A stretch of DNA of 64,000 bases, taken from NCBI GenBank assembly GCA_035414245.1, contig DAONYH010000002.1:30537-94536 (forward strand), given 5' to 3'. The notes beneath the pieces are model-generated. The model was not told where the DNA came from. It made no database searches and saw only the letters and a list, made by a program, of their open reading frames with translations. The position numbers and the translations under genes are program-made. Positions 41,709 to 50,995 of this stretch are shown here, piece after piece. Each line of letters opens with the position of its first letter. Position 1 is the first letter of the stretch. Origin of the DNA: a bacterium (lineage in GTDB: Bacteria > Patescibacteriota > Patescibacteriia > Patescibacteriales > UBA12465).

Positions 41709-42980
41709 TTAAAGTCCGTCGTATTCGCGCATGGTAAGTTGCGCTTGAATTTGTTTAACCGTTTCAATAACCACCGAAACAACGATTAACAAGCTGGTGC
41801 CACCAATGGCAAAAGCTTGAACGCCGGTAATATATTTCATAATTAACGGTAAAACAGCAATAGTACCCAAGAACAAAGCGCCCACTAAAATAATTTTATG
41901 GGTGGTAGCAGCTAAATATTCACTGGTATTTTTTCCCGGTCTAATCCCCGGAATAAAGCCCCCTTGTTTTTGTAAATTTTCCGCAATTTGATCAGGATGG
42001 AAAACCACTTCAGTATAAAAATAAGTAAAGGCAAAGACCATTAAGAAATAGACGACTCCGTAAAATAATTGATTCTCAAATAAACGAATCACAAATTCTG
42101 CGCTTGAAGCAATCCAAGCGGTTTTAGCATGAACTAAAAATTGGGCAATCATGGAAGGAAACAAAACAACAGACACAGCAAAGATGATAGGAATTACTCC
42201 GGCCATATTCACTCTTAAAGGTAGATGGGTATTGGTACCGCCAAAAGTTCGATTGCCTCGAACTTGACGCGCGTATTGAACAGGAATATTTCTCTGCCCT
42301 TCATTAATAATAACTACACCCACAATCGTAATAAGAGCAATGACAATGAAACCAATTAAAGTAAAAAGTTGAGTTTGATCAAAAGTAACAATAATCTGTT
42401 GTACAACTTGCGGTAAAGAAGAAACGATTCCGGCAAAAATCAATAAAGAAATACCATTACCAACTTTTTGTTCAGAAATAAGTTCACCAATCCAAACTAA
42501 TAAAATTGTGCCGGCGGTAATCGTAATTAACATGATAAACATATCAAATTCGCTCACTGTACCTAAAACACCAGCCGCGGAACGACGCAGTAAAGTAATC
42601 ATGCCGTAAGATTGCAAAATACCAAGGGGCACAGTTAGAAGACGAGTCCAACTATTAATTTTTTGTCGTCCGGATTCTTCTTTTTGCATTTCTTCAATCT
42701 TAGGTATAATCATACCTAAAAGTTGAAAAATAATGGAAGCGGTAATGTACGGGGCTACGCCCATCATCACAATTGAAAAATTCTCCATGCCACCACCGGA
42801 AAAAAGATTCATGAGACCCAAAATTTGATTGGAAGCAAATAAACTTTTTAGAGCGGCCTGATTAACTCCGGGAATGGGAATATGAGCTAAAAAACGAAAA
42901 ATAACCAACATGCCGATCACAAAGAGAACTTTTTTTCGTACATCTTTGGCTTTCCAAATTTGAATTATTTTATCAAACAT
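41709..42980 (-). CDS. secY: Preprotein translocase subunit SecY
   Basis: 423 aa, 10 TM segments, with GVAPYITASIIFQLL and the expected operon position. Confidence 0.95.
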   Translation of the reverse strand: MFDKIIQIWKAKDVRKKVLFVIGMLVIFRFLAHIPIPGVNQAALKSLFASNQILGLMNLFSGGGMENFSIVMMGVAPYITASIIFQLLGMIIPKIEEMQKEESGRQKINSWTRLLTVPLGILQSYGMITLLRRSAAGVLGTVSEFDMFIMLITITAGTILLVWIGELISEQKVGNGISLLIFAGIVSSLPQVVQQIIVTFDQTQLFTLIGFIVIALITIVGVVIINEGQRNIPVQYARQVRGNRTFGGTNTHLPLRVNMAGVIPIIFAVSVVLFPSMIAQFLVHAKTAWIASSAEFVIRLFENQLFYGVVYFLMVFAFTYFYTEVVFHPDQIAENLQKQGGFIPGIRPGKNTSEYLAATTHKIILVGALFLGTIAVLPLIMKYITGVQAFAIGGTSLLIVVSVVIETVKQIQAQLTMREYDGL

Positions 42981-43013
42981 AAAAAACTAATTATTTTTCT
43001 ACAAAACTAAAAT

Positions 43014-43427
43014 TTATTTAGCTTGTTCTTTAACGCTAGCACTCATCTTAATGCTCTCAAATTTAACTTTGACTGTCAATTTTTCTTTACCTAAAATTTT
43101 TACTGGTTTATCAAGCGTGGAAATTAAATTTTTCTCCAATAAAGTAGCTGCGTTCACTACATCTCCATCTTTAAAATTATTATTAATGGCTTTGACACTC
43201 ACAATTTGATTCTTAGGTTTATCTGATTTAAAGCCGCGTACTTTAGGAGTTTGCAGTAATTGAGATTTCATTCCTAAACGTTTTAAATTAGAAACACCGG
43301 CGCGTTGTCTTTGGCCTTTTTGACCTCTGGTACTATAAGTGCCGCGACCCGAAGCATTACCGCGACCCACACGCTTTTTATTCTTATGAGAACCTTTACT
43401 CTTTTTTATTGTGTTAAGTGATAACAT
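43014..43427 (-). CDS. rplO: 50S ribosomal protein L15
   Basis: KRVGRGNASGRGTYSTRGQKGQ. Confidence 0.93.
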   Translation of the reverse strand: MLSLNTIKKSKGSHKNKKRVGRGNASGRGTYSTRGQKGQRQRAGVSNLKRLGMKSQLLQTPKVRGFKSDKPKNQIVSVKAINNNFKDGDVVNAATLLEKNLISTLDKPVKILGKEKLTVKVKFESIKMSASVKEQAK

Positions 43428-43467
43428 ATTTTTAAAACTAATTTATAACCACTGGCCACTGCTTAAA

Positions 43468-44154
43468 TTATTTTTTTACTTTGCCGGTTTCTTCAGCAAC
43501 CTTTTTCTCTTTGCCCTCCTTATTCCCTTTTGCTTCCTTAGTTGATTCAACTTGATTGCTTCCCTTATCCGCTTTCTTTTCTACACGACGCAACATTGTT
43601 AAAGCCTCAATAGTACAACGAGCATTATTAACTTTATTATTAGTGCCTAAAGTTTTAGTGGTAGCATTCTTTACTCCAGCTAATTCAAAAATAACCCGAG
43701 TTACTCCACCAGAAATAACACCGCTCCCTTTTCTAGCCGGTTTAATTAAAATTTTTGCGGCGCCTTTTTTATGATAAACTTCGTGAGGAATGGTGTCACG
43801 AACAATCGGCACATTTATCATCGCTTTTTTAGCTTTATTTACTGCCTTATTAACCGCAATAGTTACATCCGCGCCCTTTCCTAAACCAACACCGACATTG
43901 CCTTTTTTATCACCAATCGCCACACAAGCGCGAAAATTCATTCTTTTTCCACCCGCCATAACCCGAGTAACCCGAGCCACCTCTAAGATTCTTTGTTCAA
44001 ATTCATCACGGCGGTCATCACGGCGATCGCCTCTTCTGCCGCGAAAGGAACGTTTTTTCTCGCCAAAAACATCCTTGGCCACTGTTTTAGCCGCGCCAGT
44101 GGAAGGAGTATCTTGCTCTACTTTATTCTTTGCTATTTTTTTATCTTCAGACAT
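43468..44154 (-). CDS. rpsE: 30S ribosomal protein S5, with basic N- and C-terminal extensions
   Basis: RVTRVMAGGKRMNFRACVAIGDKKGNVGVGLGKG. Confidence 0.93.
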   Translation of the reverse strand: MSEDKKIAKNKVEQDTPSTGAAKTVAKDVFGEKKRSFRGRRGDRRDDRRDEFEQRILEVARVTRVMAGGKRMNFRACVAIGDKKGNVGVGLGKGADVTIAVNKAVNKAKKAMINVPIVRDTIPHEVYHKKGAAKILIKPARKGSGVISGGVTRVIFELAGVKNATTKTLGTNNKVNNARCTIEALTMLRRVEKKADKGSNQVESTKEAKGNKEGKEKKVAEETGKVKK

Positions 44155-44190
44155 ATATTCTTGATTTTAATATTCTAACCTAAAAATCTA

Positions 44191-44544
44191 TTAAAAAATT
44201 AAACCACCTTCACGAGCACCTTCAGCCACCGCTTTAACACGACCATGATATTTATAAAAACTACGGTCAAAAACAACAGTGCTAATTTTTTTGGCCTTGG
44301 CTTTTTCCGCAATTAATTTACCCAACTCTTTACAAATTTCTACTTTCTTCCCCGCTTTTTTTACTTCGGCTGAAGAAGCGCTCACTAAAGTCTGACCAGC
44401 GCTATCATCAATAATTTGTAAAAACATCCCGCGGTTAGAACGAAAAACACTCAAACGAGGACGACTGGCAGTGCCGGAAATTTTTGATCTAACTTTTTCA
44501 TGACGGCGAGCCCGTTTTTCATTTTTTACCTTATTTTTATCCAT
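44191..44544 (-). CDS. rplR: 50S ribosomal protein L18
   Basis: [20 protein letters not shown]...[17 protein letters not shown]. Confidence 0.93.
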   Translation of the reverse strand: MDKNKVKNEKRARRHEKVRSKISGTASRPRLSVFRSNRGMFLQIIDDSAGQTLVSASSAEVKKAGKKVEICKELGKLIAEKAKAKKISTVVFDRSFYKYHGRVKAVAEGAREGGLIF

Positions 44545-44572
44545 ATAATTAATAATAGTTTAATGACAATTT

Positions 44573-45118
44573 TTACTTTCCTTTTATCGCGGCCTTACCA
44601 GCTTTGCGACGAACAACCTCATTAGAATATTTAATTCCCTTGCCTTTATAAGGTTCTGGTTTTCTAATTTTTCTAATTTGGGCGGCTGTTTCTCCTAAAA
44701 GCTCTTTATCAGCGCTCATTAAAGTAACAGAATTGCCTTCAACCGTAGCACTTACGCCAGTCGGTAAGTTAAAAACAACTGGATGAGAAAAGCCTAAATT
44801 CATATTTAATTTATTACCAGACACACTGACGCGATAACCAACACCACTAATTTCTAACTTTTTAGAAAAGCCCTCGCTTACTCCTTTAACCGCGTTTCTC
44901 ACCAAACTCCAAACTAGACCCCACATAGCGCTCGCATTTTTAGCCTCTAAATCTTTTGGTTTAACTATCACTTCTGCTCCTTCAACTTTAACCTCAATTA
45001 ATTCTTGAATTTTTATTTTCAATTCTCCTTTTGGCCCTTTAACAGAAAAAGTATCGCCGCTTACAGTGGCAGTAACTCCGGCCGGTATTTGAATTGGTAA
45101 TTTTCCTAAACGTGACAT
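44573..45118 (-). CDS. rplF: 50S ribosomal protein L6
   Basis: MSRLGKLPIQIPAGV...YKGKGIKY. Confidence 0.93.
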   Translation of the reverse strand: MSRLGKLPIQIPAGVTATVSGDTFSVKGPKGELKIKIQELIEVKVEGAEVIVKPKDLEAKNASAMWGLVWSLVRNAVKGVSEGFSKKLEISGVGYRVSVSGNKLNMNLGFSHPVVFNLPTGVSATVEGNSVTLMSADKELLGETAAQIRKIRKPEPYKGKGIKYSNEVVRRKAGKAAIKGK

Positions 45119-45137
45119 AGAAGAAATAATTTAATAA

Positions 45138-45548
45138 TTAATAAACCTCACCAATGACTTCGCCACCGATTTGTTGTTTTTTCGCTTCTTTGCCAGTCAT
45201 AATACCAGAAGAAGTAGAAATAATCGCGGTGCCAAAATTATTCAAGACAGTAGGAATTTCTGTTTTGGAAACATATATTTTTAATCCTGGCTTGCTGACG
45301 CGCTTAATAGAATTAATCTGTGGCTTGCCATTCTTGCGATATTTTAACTGGATAAGAAGTTCGTCAAAATTGTTGCGCTTGCCTTTAAAACCGCCGGGAA
45401 TAACTTCAACTTTTCTAATCCAACCTTCACTTTCTAAAATTTTCGCCACTTCATATTTCAATTTGCTCATAGGCAAAACAATCTCCGATTTTTTGACGGC
45501 GGAAGCGTTTCTAATTCTTGTGAACATGTCTGCGATGGGATCCATCAT
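45138..45548 (-). CDS. rpsH: 30S ribosomal protein S8
   Basis: DPIADMFTRIRNA. Confidence 0.93.
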   Translation of the reverse strand: MMDPIADMFTRIRNASAVKKSEIVLPMSKLKYEVAKILESEGWIRKVEVIPGGFKGKRNNFDELLIQLKYRKNGKPQINSIKRVSKPGLKIYVSKTEIPTVLNNFGTAIISTSSGIMTGKEAKKQQIGGEVIGEVY

Positions 45549-45575
45549 ATTTTTAAATTAAACTTAAATTTCTAA

Positions 45576-45605
45576 ATTACCAGCTTGATTATTACCAGCT
45601 TGATT
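45576..45605. repeat. Perfect 15-nt tandem duplication spanning the rpsZ stop codon
   Basis: attaccagcttgatt occurs twice. The minus strand reads TCA AGC TGG TAA | TAA TCA AGC TGG TAA. Confidence 0.9.
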
Positions 45606-45777
45606 TTCTGATTCCTGGTAAATCACCGTTGTCGGCTAATTCGCGGAAACAGATACGGCATAATTTAAAATCACGCATAAAACCACGATTGCGGCCACAA
45701 CGCCAACAACGATTGATTTTACGAGTGGAAAATTTCGGTTTTCTTTTAGATTTAACAATTAATGCTGTTCTTGCCAT
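45592..45777 (-). CDS. rpsZ: 30S ribosomal protein S14, type Z (zinc-binding, 61 aa)
   Basis: CWRCGR...CRIC, with the expected length and position. Confidence 0.93.
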   Translation of the reverse strand: MARTALIVKSKRKPKFSTRKINRCWRCGRNRGFMRDFKLCRICFRELADNGDLPGIRKSSW

Positions 45778-45789
45778 ATTTATTTGAAA

Positions 45790-46335
45790 TTATTTACTGT
45801 CTTTTTTAAAGGGAAAGCCAAGTAAACGGAAAAGTTCTAAACCTTCGGCTCTATTTTTAGTACTGGTTGATAAACAAATCTCTAAACCAAAATTACTAAC
45901 AATATCTTCAACTTTAAGTTCAGGAAAAGCAGCTTGATCTTTAATGCCAATCGTTAAGTTGCCGGTTGAATCAACTGCTTTCTCGCTAATGCCACGAAAA
46001 TCACGCACGCGCGGGAAAGTGATGTTCACTAATTTTTCCACAAAATCATACATTCGATCACCACGTAAAGTAACCTTAGCGCCGATGGTCATGCCTTCTC
46101 TAATTTTAAAAGCGGAAATTGATTTTTTCGCCAAGGTAAAAACCGGTTTTTGGCCAGTGATTTTAGTAAGATTATCAGCAATATTTTGTTGATACTCCTT
46201 TTCTTTAGCATGTGAACCAAAACCAACATTGATTACCACCTGAGTTAAACGAGGGGCAACATAATCATTTTTAAAATTAAACTCTTTCTTTAATTTCGGT
46301 AATATTTCTTTTTGATATTTTTCTTTAAGTCTCAT
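45790..46335 (-). CDS. rplE: 50S ribosomal protein L5
   Basis: Sequence and operon position (MRLKEKYQKEILPKL...). Confidence 0.93.
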   Translation of the reverse strand: MRLKEKYQKEILPKLKKEFNFKNDYVAPRLTQVVINVGFGSHAKEKEYQQNIADNLTKITGQKPVFTLAKKSISAFKIREGMTIGAKVTLRGDRMYDFVEKLVNITFPRVRDFRGISEKAVDSTGNLTIGIKDQAAFPELKVEDIVSNFGLEICLSTSTKNRAEGLELFRLLGFPFKKDSK

Positions 46336-46345
46336 AAATTTATTA

Positions 46346-46669
46346 TTACTCGATTATTTCCTGACATTTCTTGCAAACGCGAAATTTTTTATCTTTTGCG
46401 CCGTCTACTTTTACAATTTTTCTCGCGATTCTAGTAGTTCGACCACAATTGGAACAAACCAAAGCAACATTGGAAATATTAATAAAAGCCGGAAATTCAA
46501 TTCTTTGTCCCTTTTCTCCTCTTTTTTGCGGTCTTAAATGTTTAATTAAAAGATTTAAGCCCTCAATACTAACCTTGCCTTCCTTAGGAAGCACTTGCAA
46601 AACCTTACCGACTTTACCCTTATCTTTTCCGGTTAATATTTTTACTTTGTCATTCTTTTTGATATGCAT
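46346..46669 (-). CDS. rplX: 50S ribosomal protein L24 (CxxC...CxxC variant)
   Basis: KOW motif KILTGKDKGKVGKV. The C-terminal half contains CSNCG...CKKC. Confidence 0.9.
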   Translation of the reverse strand: MHIKKNDKVKILTGKDKGKVGKVLQVLPKEGKVSIEGLNLLIKHLRPQKRGEKGQRIEFPAFINISNVALVCSNCGRTTRIARKIVKVDGAKDKKFRVCKKCQEIIE

Positions 46670-46693
46670 ATATTTCTTAAACTTGACTTGTTT

Positions 46694-47068
46694 TTATAAA
46701 ACTTCAGGAGCTAAGGAAGCAATTTTAACAAAACCGGCGCGTCTTATTTCGCGTGCCACCGGACCAAAAATACGAGTTCCTTTTGGCTCTTTCTTTTCCA
46801 CATCAACAATAATCACACAGGCGTTATCATCAAATCTTAAATAAGAGCCGTCTTTGCGTCTGATTTCTTTTTTAGTTCTGACCACCACCGCCTTGACCAC
46901 ATCACCTTTTTTCACAGCCGCATGCGGTGCCGCGCTTTTCACCGTCGCCACAAAAACATCACCTATTCTGGCATAACGTCTGCCGGTTCCACCTAAAACC
47001 TTAATACACTGCACTTCTTTGGCGCCTGAATTATCAGCTACTTTTAAATATGATTGAACTTGTATCAT
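46694..47068 (-). CDS. rplN: 50S ribosomal protein L14
   Basis: [18 protein letters not shown]. Confidence 0.95.
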   Translation of the reverse strand: MIQVQSYLKVADNSGAKEVQCIKVLGGTGRRYARIGDVFVATVKSAAPHAAVKKGDVVKAVVVRTKKEIRRKDGSYLRFDDNACVIIVDVEKKEPKGTRIFGPVAREIRRAGFVKIASLAPEVL

Positions 47069-47076
47069 ATATTTAT

Positions 47077-47126
47077 CTTTTTAAAATTATCATCGTCCTT
47101 TTTAAAATTATCATCGTCCTTTTTAA
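47077..47126. repeat. 21-nt x2.4 perfect tandem repeat filling the rpsQ-rplN spacer and starting at the rpsQ stop codon
   Basis: ctttttaaaattatcatcgtc occurs twice, followed by ctttttaa. On the minus strand each unit begins TTAAAAAG and carries an in-frame TAA and TGA TAA. Confidence 0.9.
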
Positions 47127-47389
47127 GCAATAACTCGCCATCTCTTATCTCGACTTAAAGGACGACATTCAACAAAAGTGACTTTATCACCAACTTTAAA
47201 TTTATTATTTTCATCATGAACTTTATAGCGACGACTAACTGTGTAACGCTTTTTATATTTAGGATGAACTTTGACTGTTTCTACTTTAACGACGATGGTC
47301 TTATCATTTTTGTCACTAACCACTACACCACTAAATCGACGATTAATCTTTTCTTTGACAGTTAAATTTTTCTCTGTTTTCACGGACAT
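47123..47389 (-). CDS. rpsQ: 30S ribosomal protein S17
   Basis: VHPKYKKRYTVSRRYKVHDENN. Confidence 0.93.
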   Translation of the reverse strand: MSVKTEKNLTVKEKINRRFSGVVVSDKNDKTIVVKVETVKVHPKYKKRYTVSRRYKVHDENNKFKVGDKVTFVECRPLSRDKRWRVIA

Positions 47390-47390
47390 A

Positions 47391-47576
47391 TTATTTTTTC
47401 TTATTTATTATCGTTAAAATCTGGGCGATAAGTCGTCTAACCGCTCTTATTTCCCGAATATTTTTTAATTGCTTGTTAGAATCTTTAAAACGTAAATCAC
47501 GCAATTTTTCTTGACTGGCAATTAATAATTTATTTAATTCACCAATATCTTTAGTCAATAATTCTTTCTTATCCAT
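47391..47576 (-). CDS. rpmC: 50S ribosomal protein L29
   Basis: Size, position and LRDLRFK.... Confidence 0.88.
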   Translation of the reverse strand: MDKKELLTKDIGELNKLLIASQEKLRDLRFKDSNKQLKNIREIRAVRRLIAQILTIINKKK

Positions 47577-47586
47577 ATTATTTTAA

Positions 47587-47994
47587 TTATTCCTTACTAA
47601 TGAATTTACATTTTACGGGTAATTTATAACCAGCCAATTCCAATGCTTTCTTAGCTGTTTCTTTGTCAACACCTTCCATTTCAAACAAAACCATGCCCGG
47701 TTTAACAATCGCCACATAGTGGTCAACTGAGCCCTTACCTTTACCCATAGGAATTTCTCCGCCATGAGCCGTCACTGGTTTATCAGGAAAAATTCTAATC
47801 CAAATCTTGCCGCCTTTTTTTACGTATTTAGTAATAACACGACGAGCGGCTTCAATTTGACGAGAATTGACCCAACAAGCACCCAGGCTTTTTAGACCAT
47901 AGCTACCAAAACTGATATTTAAATGACGACTCGCTTTTCCACCGCGACGTCTTTTATGATCTTTTCTCCATTTAGTTTTCTTTGGCATTAACAT
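47587..47994 (-). CDS. rplP: 50S ribosomal protein L16
   Basis: MPKKTKWRKDHKRR... Confidence 0.95.
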   Translation of the reverse strand: MLMPKKTKWRKDHKRRRGGKASRHLNISFGSYGLKSLGACWVNSRQIEAARRVITKYVKKGGKIWIRIFPDKPVTAHGGEIPMGKGKGSVDHYVAIVKPGMVLFEMEGVDKETAKKALELAGYKLPVKCKFISKE

Positions 47995-48029
47995 ATTTTT
48001 GTATACTCAAAAATCAAATTGAAATAAAT

Positions 48030-48707
48030 TTAACTCTCAATTACTTCACCAGCGGCTTTTTCTTTTTCAAAAACTTCTCCCTTATAAATCCAAACCTTGA
48101 TTCCGATGGTACCATAAGTAGTATGAGCGGCTCCACGAGCGTAATCAATGTCAGCTCTTAAAGTTTGTAGTGGTACTTTGCCCCAAACTAATTTTTCGCT
48201 GCGGGCAATTTCCGCGCCATTTAAGCGACCGGAAACCACTGTTTTACATCCTAAGGCGCCCCCTCTTTCAACCCGACCAAGAGCTTGTTTCATTACTTTT
48301 CTAAACGGAACTCTTTTTTCAATTTCCATAATCATGTTTTGAACAATAATCTGAGCGCTCAAATTAGGGCGACTGACTTCCTTGATATTTAAATTAATTT
48401 CTTGCAAACGAAAATTCTTTAAAAACTTTTTATGTAATTTTCTTTTTAATTCTTCAATACCATTTCCACCACGACCAATAATTACACCCGGCTTGGCAGT
48501 ATGAATTGTGATTTCGATCCGATTGATGCCACGAATAATTTCTACTTTATCAACACCCGCTTCTCTAAACTCTTTAATTAAATGTTTACGGATATTGATA
48601 TCTTGTTTAATATTCTTGACATATTGATCACCTTGCTCAAACCAAACAGACGGCCAAGTCTTGGTGATACCCATGCGCATTATTTTCGGATTAACTTTTT
48701 TTCCCAT
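48030..48707 (-). CDS. rpsC: 30S ribosomal protein S3
   Basis: MGKKVNPKIMRMGI... with a KH domain. Confidence 0.95.
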   Translation of the reverse strand: MGKKVNPKIMRMGITKTWPSVWFEQGDQYVKNIKQDINIRKHLIKEFREAGVDKVEIIRGINRIEITIHTAKPGVIIGRGGNGIEELKRKLHKKFLKNFRLQEINLNIKEVSRPNLSAQIIVQNMIMEIEKRVPFRKVMKQALGRVERGGALGCKTVVSGRLNGAEIARSEKLVWGKVPLQTLRADIDYARGAAHTTYGTIGIKVWIYKGEVFEKEKAAGEVIES

Positions 48708-48738
48708 ATATGTTTAATTAGGCGAATTACTTATATTA

Positions 48739-49260
48739 TTAACCGGCTTTTCTTTGAAAAATCTTTGGTTTTTCCGGCGCTGCCTTGCTGGAAGCGGATT
48801 TTTTACCTTTATCATCTTTCTTTGCTTTGCCAAGTGTTTTCGCAGTCTTTTCTCCTTCTTTAACTAATTTCTCCAGTTTAACCGGTTCAGCTACTTCAAC
48901 CGCTTTCTTCTCTACTTTCTGACTGGCTTTAATTTCTTTCAAAACTAAAGACACATGCGAACCGCGTTTGCGAATCGCAGTTGCTCGTCCTTGTGCTCTT
49001 GGCATCCAACGTTTCATGGTTAATCCTTCATCAGCTTTAATTGAAGCAATTTTTAAATTAGATTTATCTAAATTATAAGTATTAACCGCGTTAGCGACCG
49101 CTGAATTTATTAATTTAATAATTGGCTGAGCAGCTTTCTTATTCATAAACTTAAGCTGACTCAAAGCTTCATCAACCGTTAGTCCTCTTACCACGTCAAT
49201 CACCAAACGCACTTTTTGCGCTGATATTCTTAAATGTTTTAAGCTTGCTTTTACTTCCAT
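48739..49260 (-). CDS. rplV: 50S ribosomal protein L22, with a Lys-rich C-terminal extension
   Basis: LRISAQKVRLVIDVVRG. Confidence 0.93.
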   Translation of the reverse strand: MEVKASLKHLRISAQKVRLVIDVVRGLTVDEALSQLKFMNKKAAQPIIKLINSAVANAVNTYNLDKSNLKIASIKADEGLTMKRWMPRAQGRATAIRKRGSHVSLVLKEIKASQKVEKKAVEVAEPVKLEKLVKEGEKTAKTLGKAKKDDKGKKSASSKAAPEKPKIFQRKAG

Positions 49261-49269
49261 ATAATTAGA

Positions 49270-49557
49270 TTATTTTTTAGCTTGCGCTTGAGTTTTAGCC
49301 ATTTTACCGCCATGAGAAACAAATTTTCTGGTCGGGGCAAATTCTCCCAAGCGATGACCAATCATATTTTCAACAATATAAACAGGGACATGTTGTTTGC
49401 CATTATGAACACCAAGAGTATGACCGACCATTTCCGGAGTAACCGTGCAAGCTCTATCCCAAACTTTTATCACTTCCTTACTGTCTGGTTTTAAATTTTT
49501 TATTTTATTGATTAGCCGTTGATTAACGTAAGGGCCTTTTTTTGAACTTCTGGACAT
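49270..49557 (-). CDS. rpsS: 30S ribosomal protein S19
   Basis: [11 protein letters not shown]...[11 protein letters not shown]. Confidence 0.95.
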   Translation of the reverse strand: MSRSSKKGPYVNQRLINKIKNLKPDSKEVIKVWDRACTVTPEMVGHTLGVHNGKQHVPVYIVENMIGHRLGEFAPTRKFVSHGGKMAKTQAQAKK

Positions 49558-49592
49558 AATTATAAAAATTAATATGTGCTTTTATTGCAATC

Positions 49593-50441
49593 TTATTTGC
49601 GACCGCGACGTTTGCTGCTGCGACGTTTAATAATTAAACGATCACTAGGATGCTGACGTCGAGTTTTAACTCCAAAAGCTGGCTTACCCCAAGGAGTTTT
49701 GGGATGTTTCATACCAATTGGTTGTTTTCCTTCACCACCACCATGAGGATGATCAACCGGATTCATAGCGGTTCCGCGAACAGTTGGTCTAAAACCTAAA
49801 TAACGTTTTCGTCCAGCTTTCCCTAAAGAAATATGACGTTTATCTGGATTACTAACTTGACCAATTGTGCATAAACAATCTTTCTTGATTAATCTTATTT
49901 CACCGGATGGCATTTTAACTTGCGCATATTTGTTTTCCACACCCATCACATAAACAACATTACCGGCGCCACGAGCAATTTTTGCTCCTTGACCAGGTTC
50001 AAGCTCAACTGAACTAATCGGCATACCAGCCGGAATAAACTTTAAAGGCATGGCATTACCATTTTTTATTTCAATCAAATTCTTGGAACTCATCAATTTA
50101 TCGCCTACCTTTACATCGGTCGGGGCAATAATATATCGTTTTTCACCATCCGCATAATGTAATAAAGCTAAACGAGCGCCCCGATTTGGATCATATTCAA
50201 TTCCGGCCACCGTTGCTTCAATATCAAATTTATCACGTTTAAAATCAACCAAACGGACATAACGTTTAGCGCCACCACCACGATGACGAACGGTTATTTT
50301 TCCGCTTGAGTTGCGTCCACTTTTTCTTTTTTTGATAACCACCAGCTTTTTTTCCGGACTTGACTTGGTAATATCTTTAAAGTCATCAAAAGTCGCGTCA
50401 CGACGTCCCGGAGTATTAGCTTTTACTTTTTTAATTCCCAT
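49593..50441 (-). CDS. rplB: 50S ribosomal protein L2
   Basis: GRNSSGKITVRHRGGG...MNPVDHPHGGGEG. Confidence 0.96.
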   Translation of the reverse strand: MGIKKVKANTPGRRDATFDDFKDITKSSPEKKLVVIKKRKSGRNSSGKITVRHRGGGAKRYVRLVDFKRDKFDIEATVAGIEYDPNRGARLALLHYADGEKRYIIAPTDVKVGDKLMSSKNLIEIKNGNAMPLKFIPAGMPISSVELEPGQGAKIARGAGNVVYVMGVENKYAQVKMPSGEIRLIKKDCLCTIGQVSNPDKRHISLGKAGRKRYLGFRPTVRGTAMNPVDHPHGGGEGKQPIGMKHPKTPWGKPAFGVKTRRQHPSDRLIIKRRSSKRRGRK

Positions 50442-50487
50442 ATTAATTCAATTTCTAATTGATACTTGAAATTTATTTTTTAGTCGC

Positions 50488-50517
50488 TTAAATACCTTCG
50501 TATTAGATACCTTCGTA
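50488..50517. repeat. 15-nt tandem duplication of the last four codons plus stop of rplW
   Basis: The minus strand reads TAC GAA GGT ATC TAA | TAC GAA GGT ATT TAA. Confidence 0.9.
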
Positions 50518-50991
50518 AATAGTAATGGTCTCTCCTTTAGCTAAAGTAACAATCGCTTTTTTCCAATCTTTGCGTTGACCATGAATGCGACCGCGACTAA
50601 CTCGCTTCCCTTTATTTCTAATAATATCTACACTAATTGGTTTAACACCGTAAACTGATTCAATTGCTTTCGCCACTTCAATTTTATTCGCTTTATTTTC
50701 CACCACAAAAACATATTTATTTTCGGCGGAAAGATTAGTCGCTTTTTCTGTGACTAAAGGTTTAATTAATAAATGACTGGCGGCGGCATATTTACCAGTA
50801 CCGGTTTTTTTGCTTTTCACCTTTCCATCAACTGAACCAGCATATAAATCTTTCATGCTGGTTACTTCTGGTGCAGCTGCCTTCTTTTCTTTCTTCACTT
50901 TCTTTTCTTCATTTTTTTTCTTGTCTTCAGTTTTGGCCGCTTTAGTCTTTTTATCGTCAGTGCTTGTTTTTTTAAATCCGAATAACGCCAT
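50503..50991 (-). CDS. rplW: 50S ribosomal protein L23, with a Lys-rich N-terminal extension
   Basis: LIKPLVTEKATNL... Confidence 0.92.
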   Translation of the reverse strand: MALFGFKKTSTDDKKTKAAKTEDKKKNEEKKVKKEKKAAAPEVTSMKDLYAGSVDGKVKSKKTGTGKYAAASHLLIKPLVTEKATNLSAENKYVFVVENKANKIEVAKAIESVYGVKPISVDIIRNKGKRVSRGRIHGQRKDWKKAIVTLAKGETITIYEGI

Positions 50992-50995
50992 ATTT

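Noticed and set aside
46346-46460. CxxC...CxxC zinc-ribbon-like insertion in L24 as a novelty
   Set aside because: I believe Cys-containing L24 variants exist in several bacterial lineages. Without a database check this is not distinctive enough to report as a finding.
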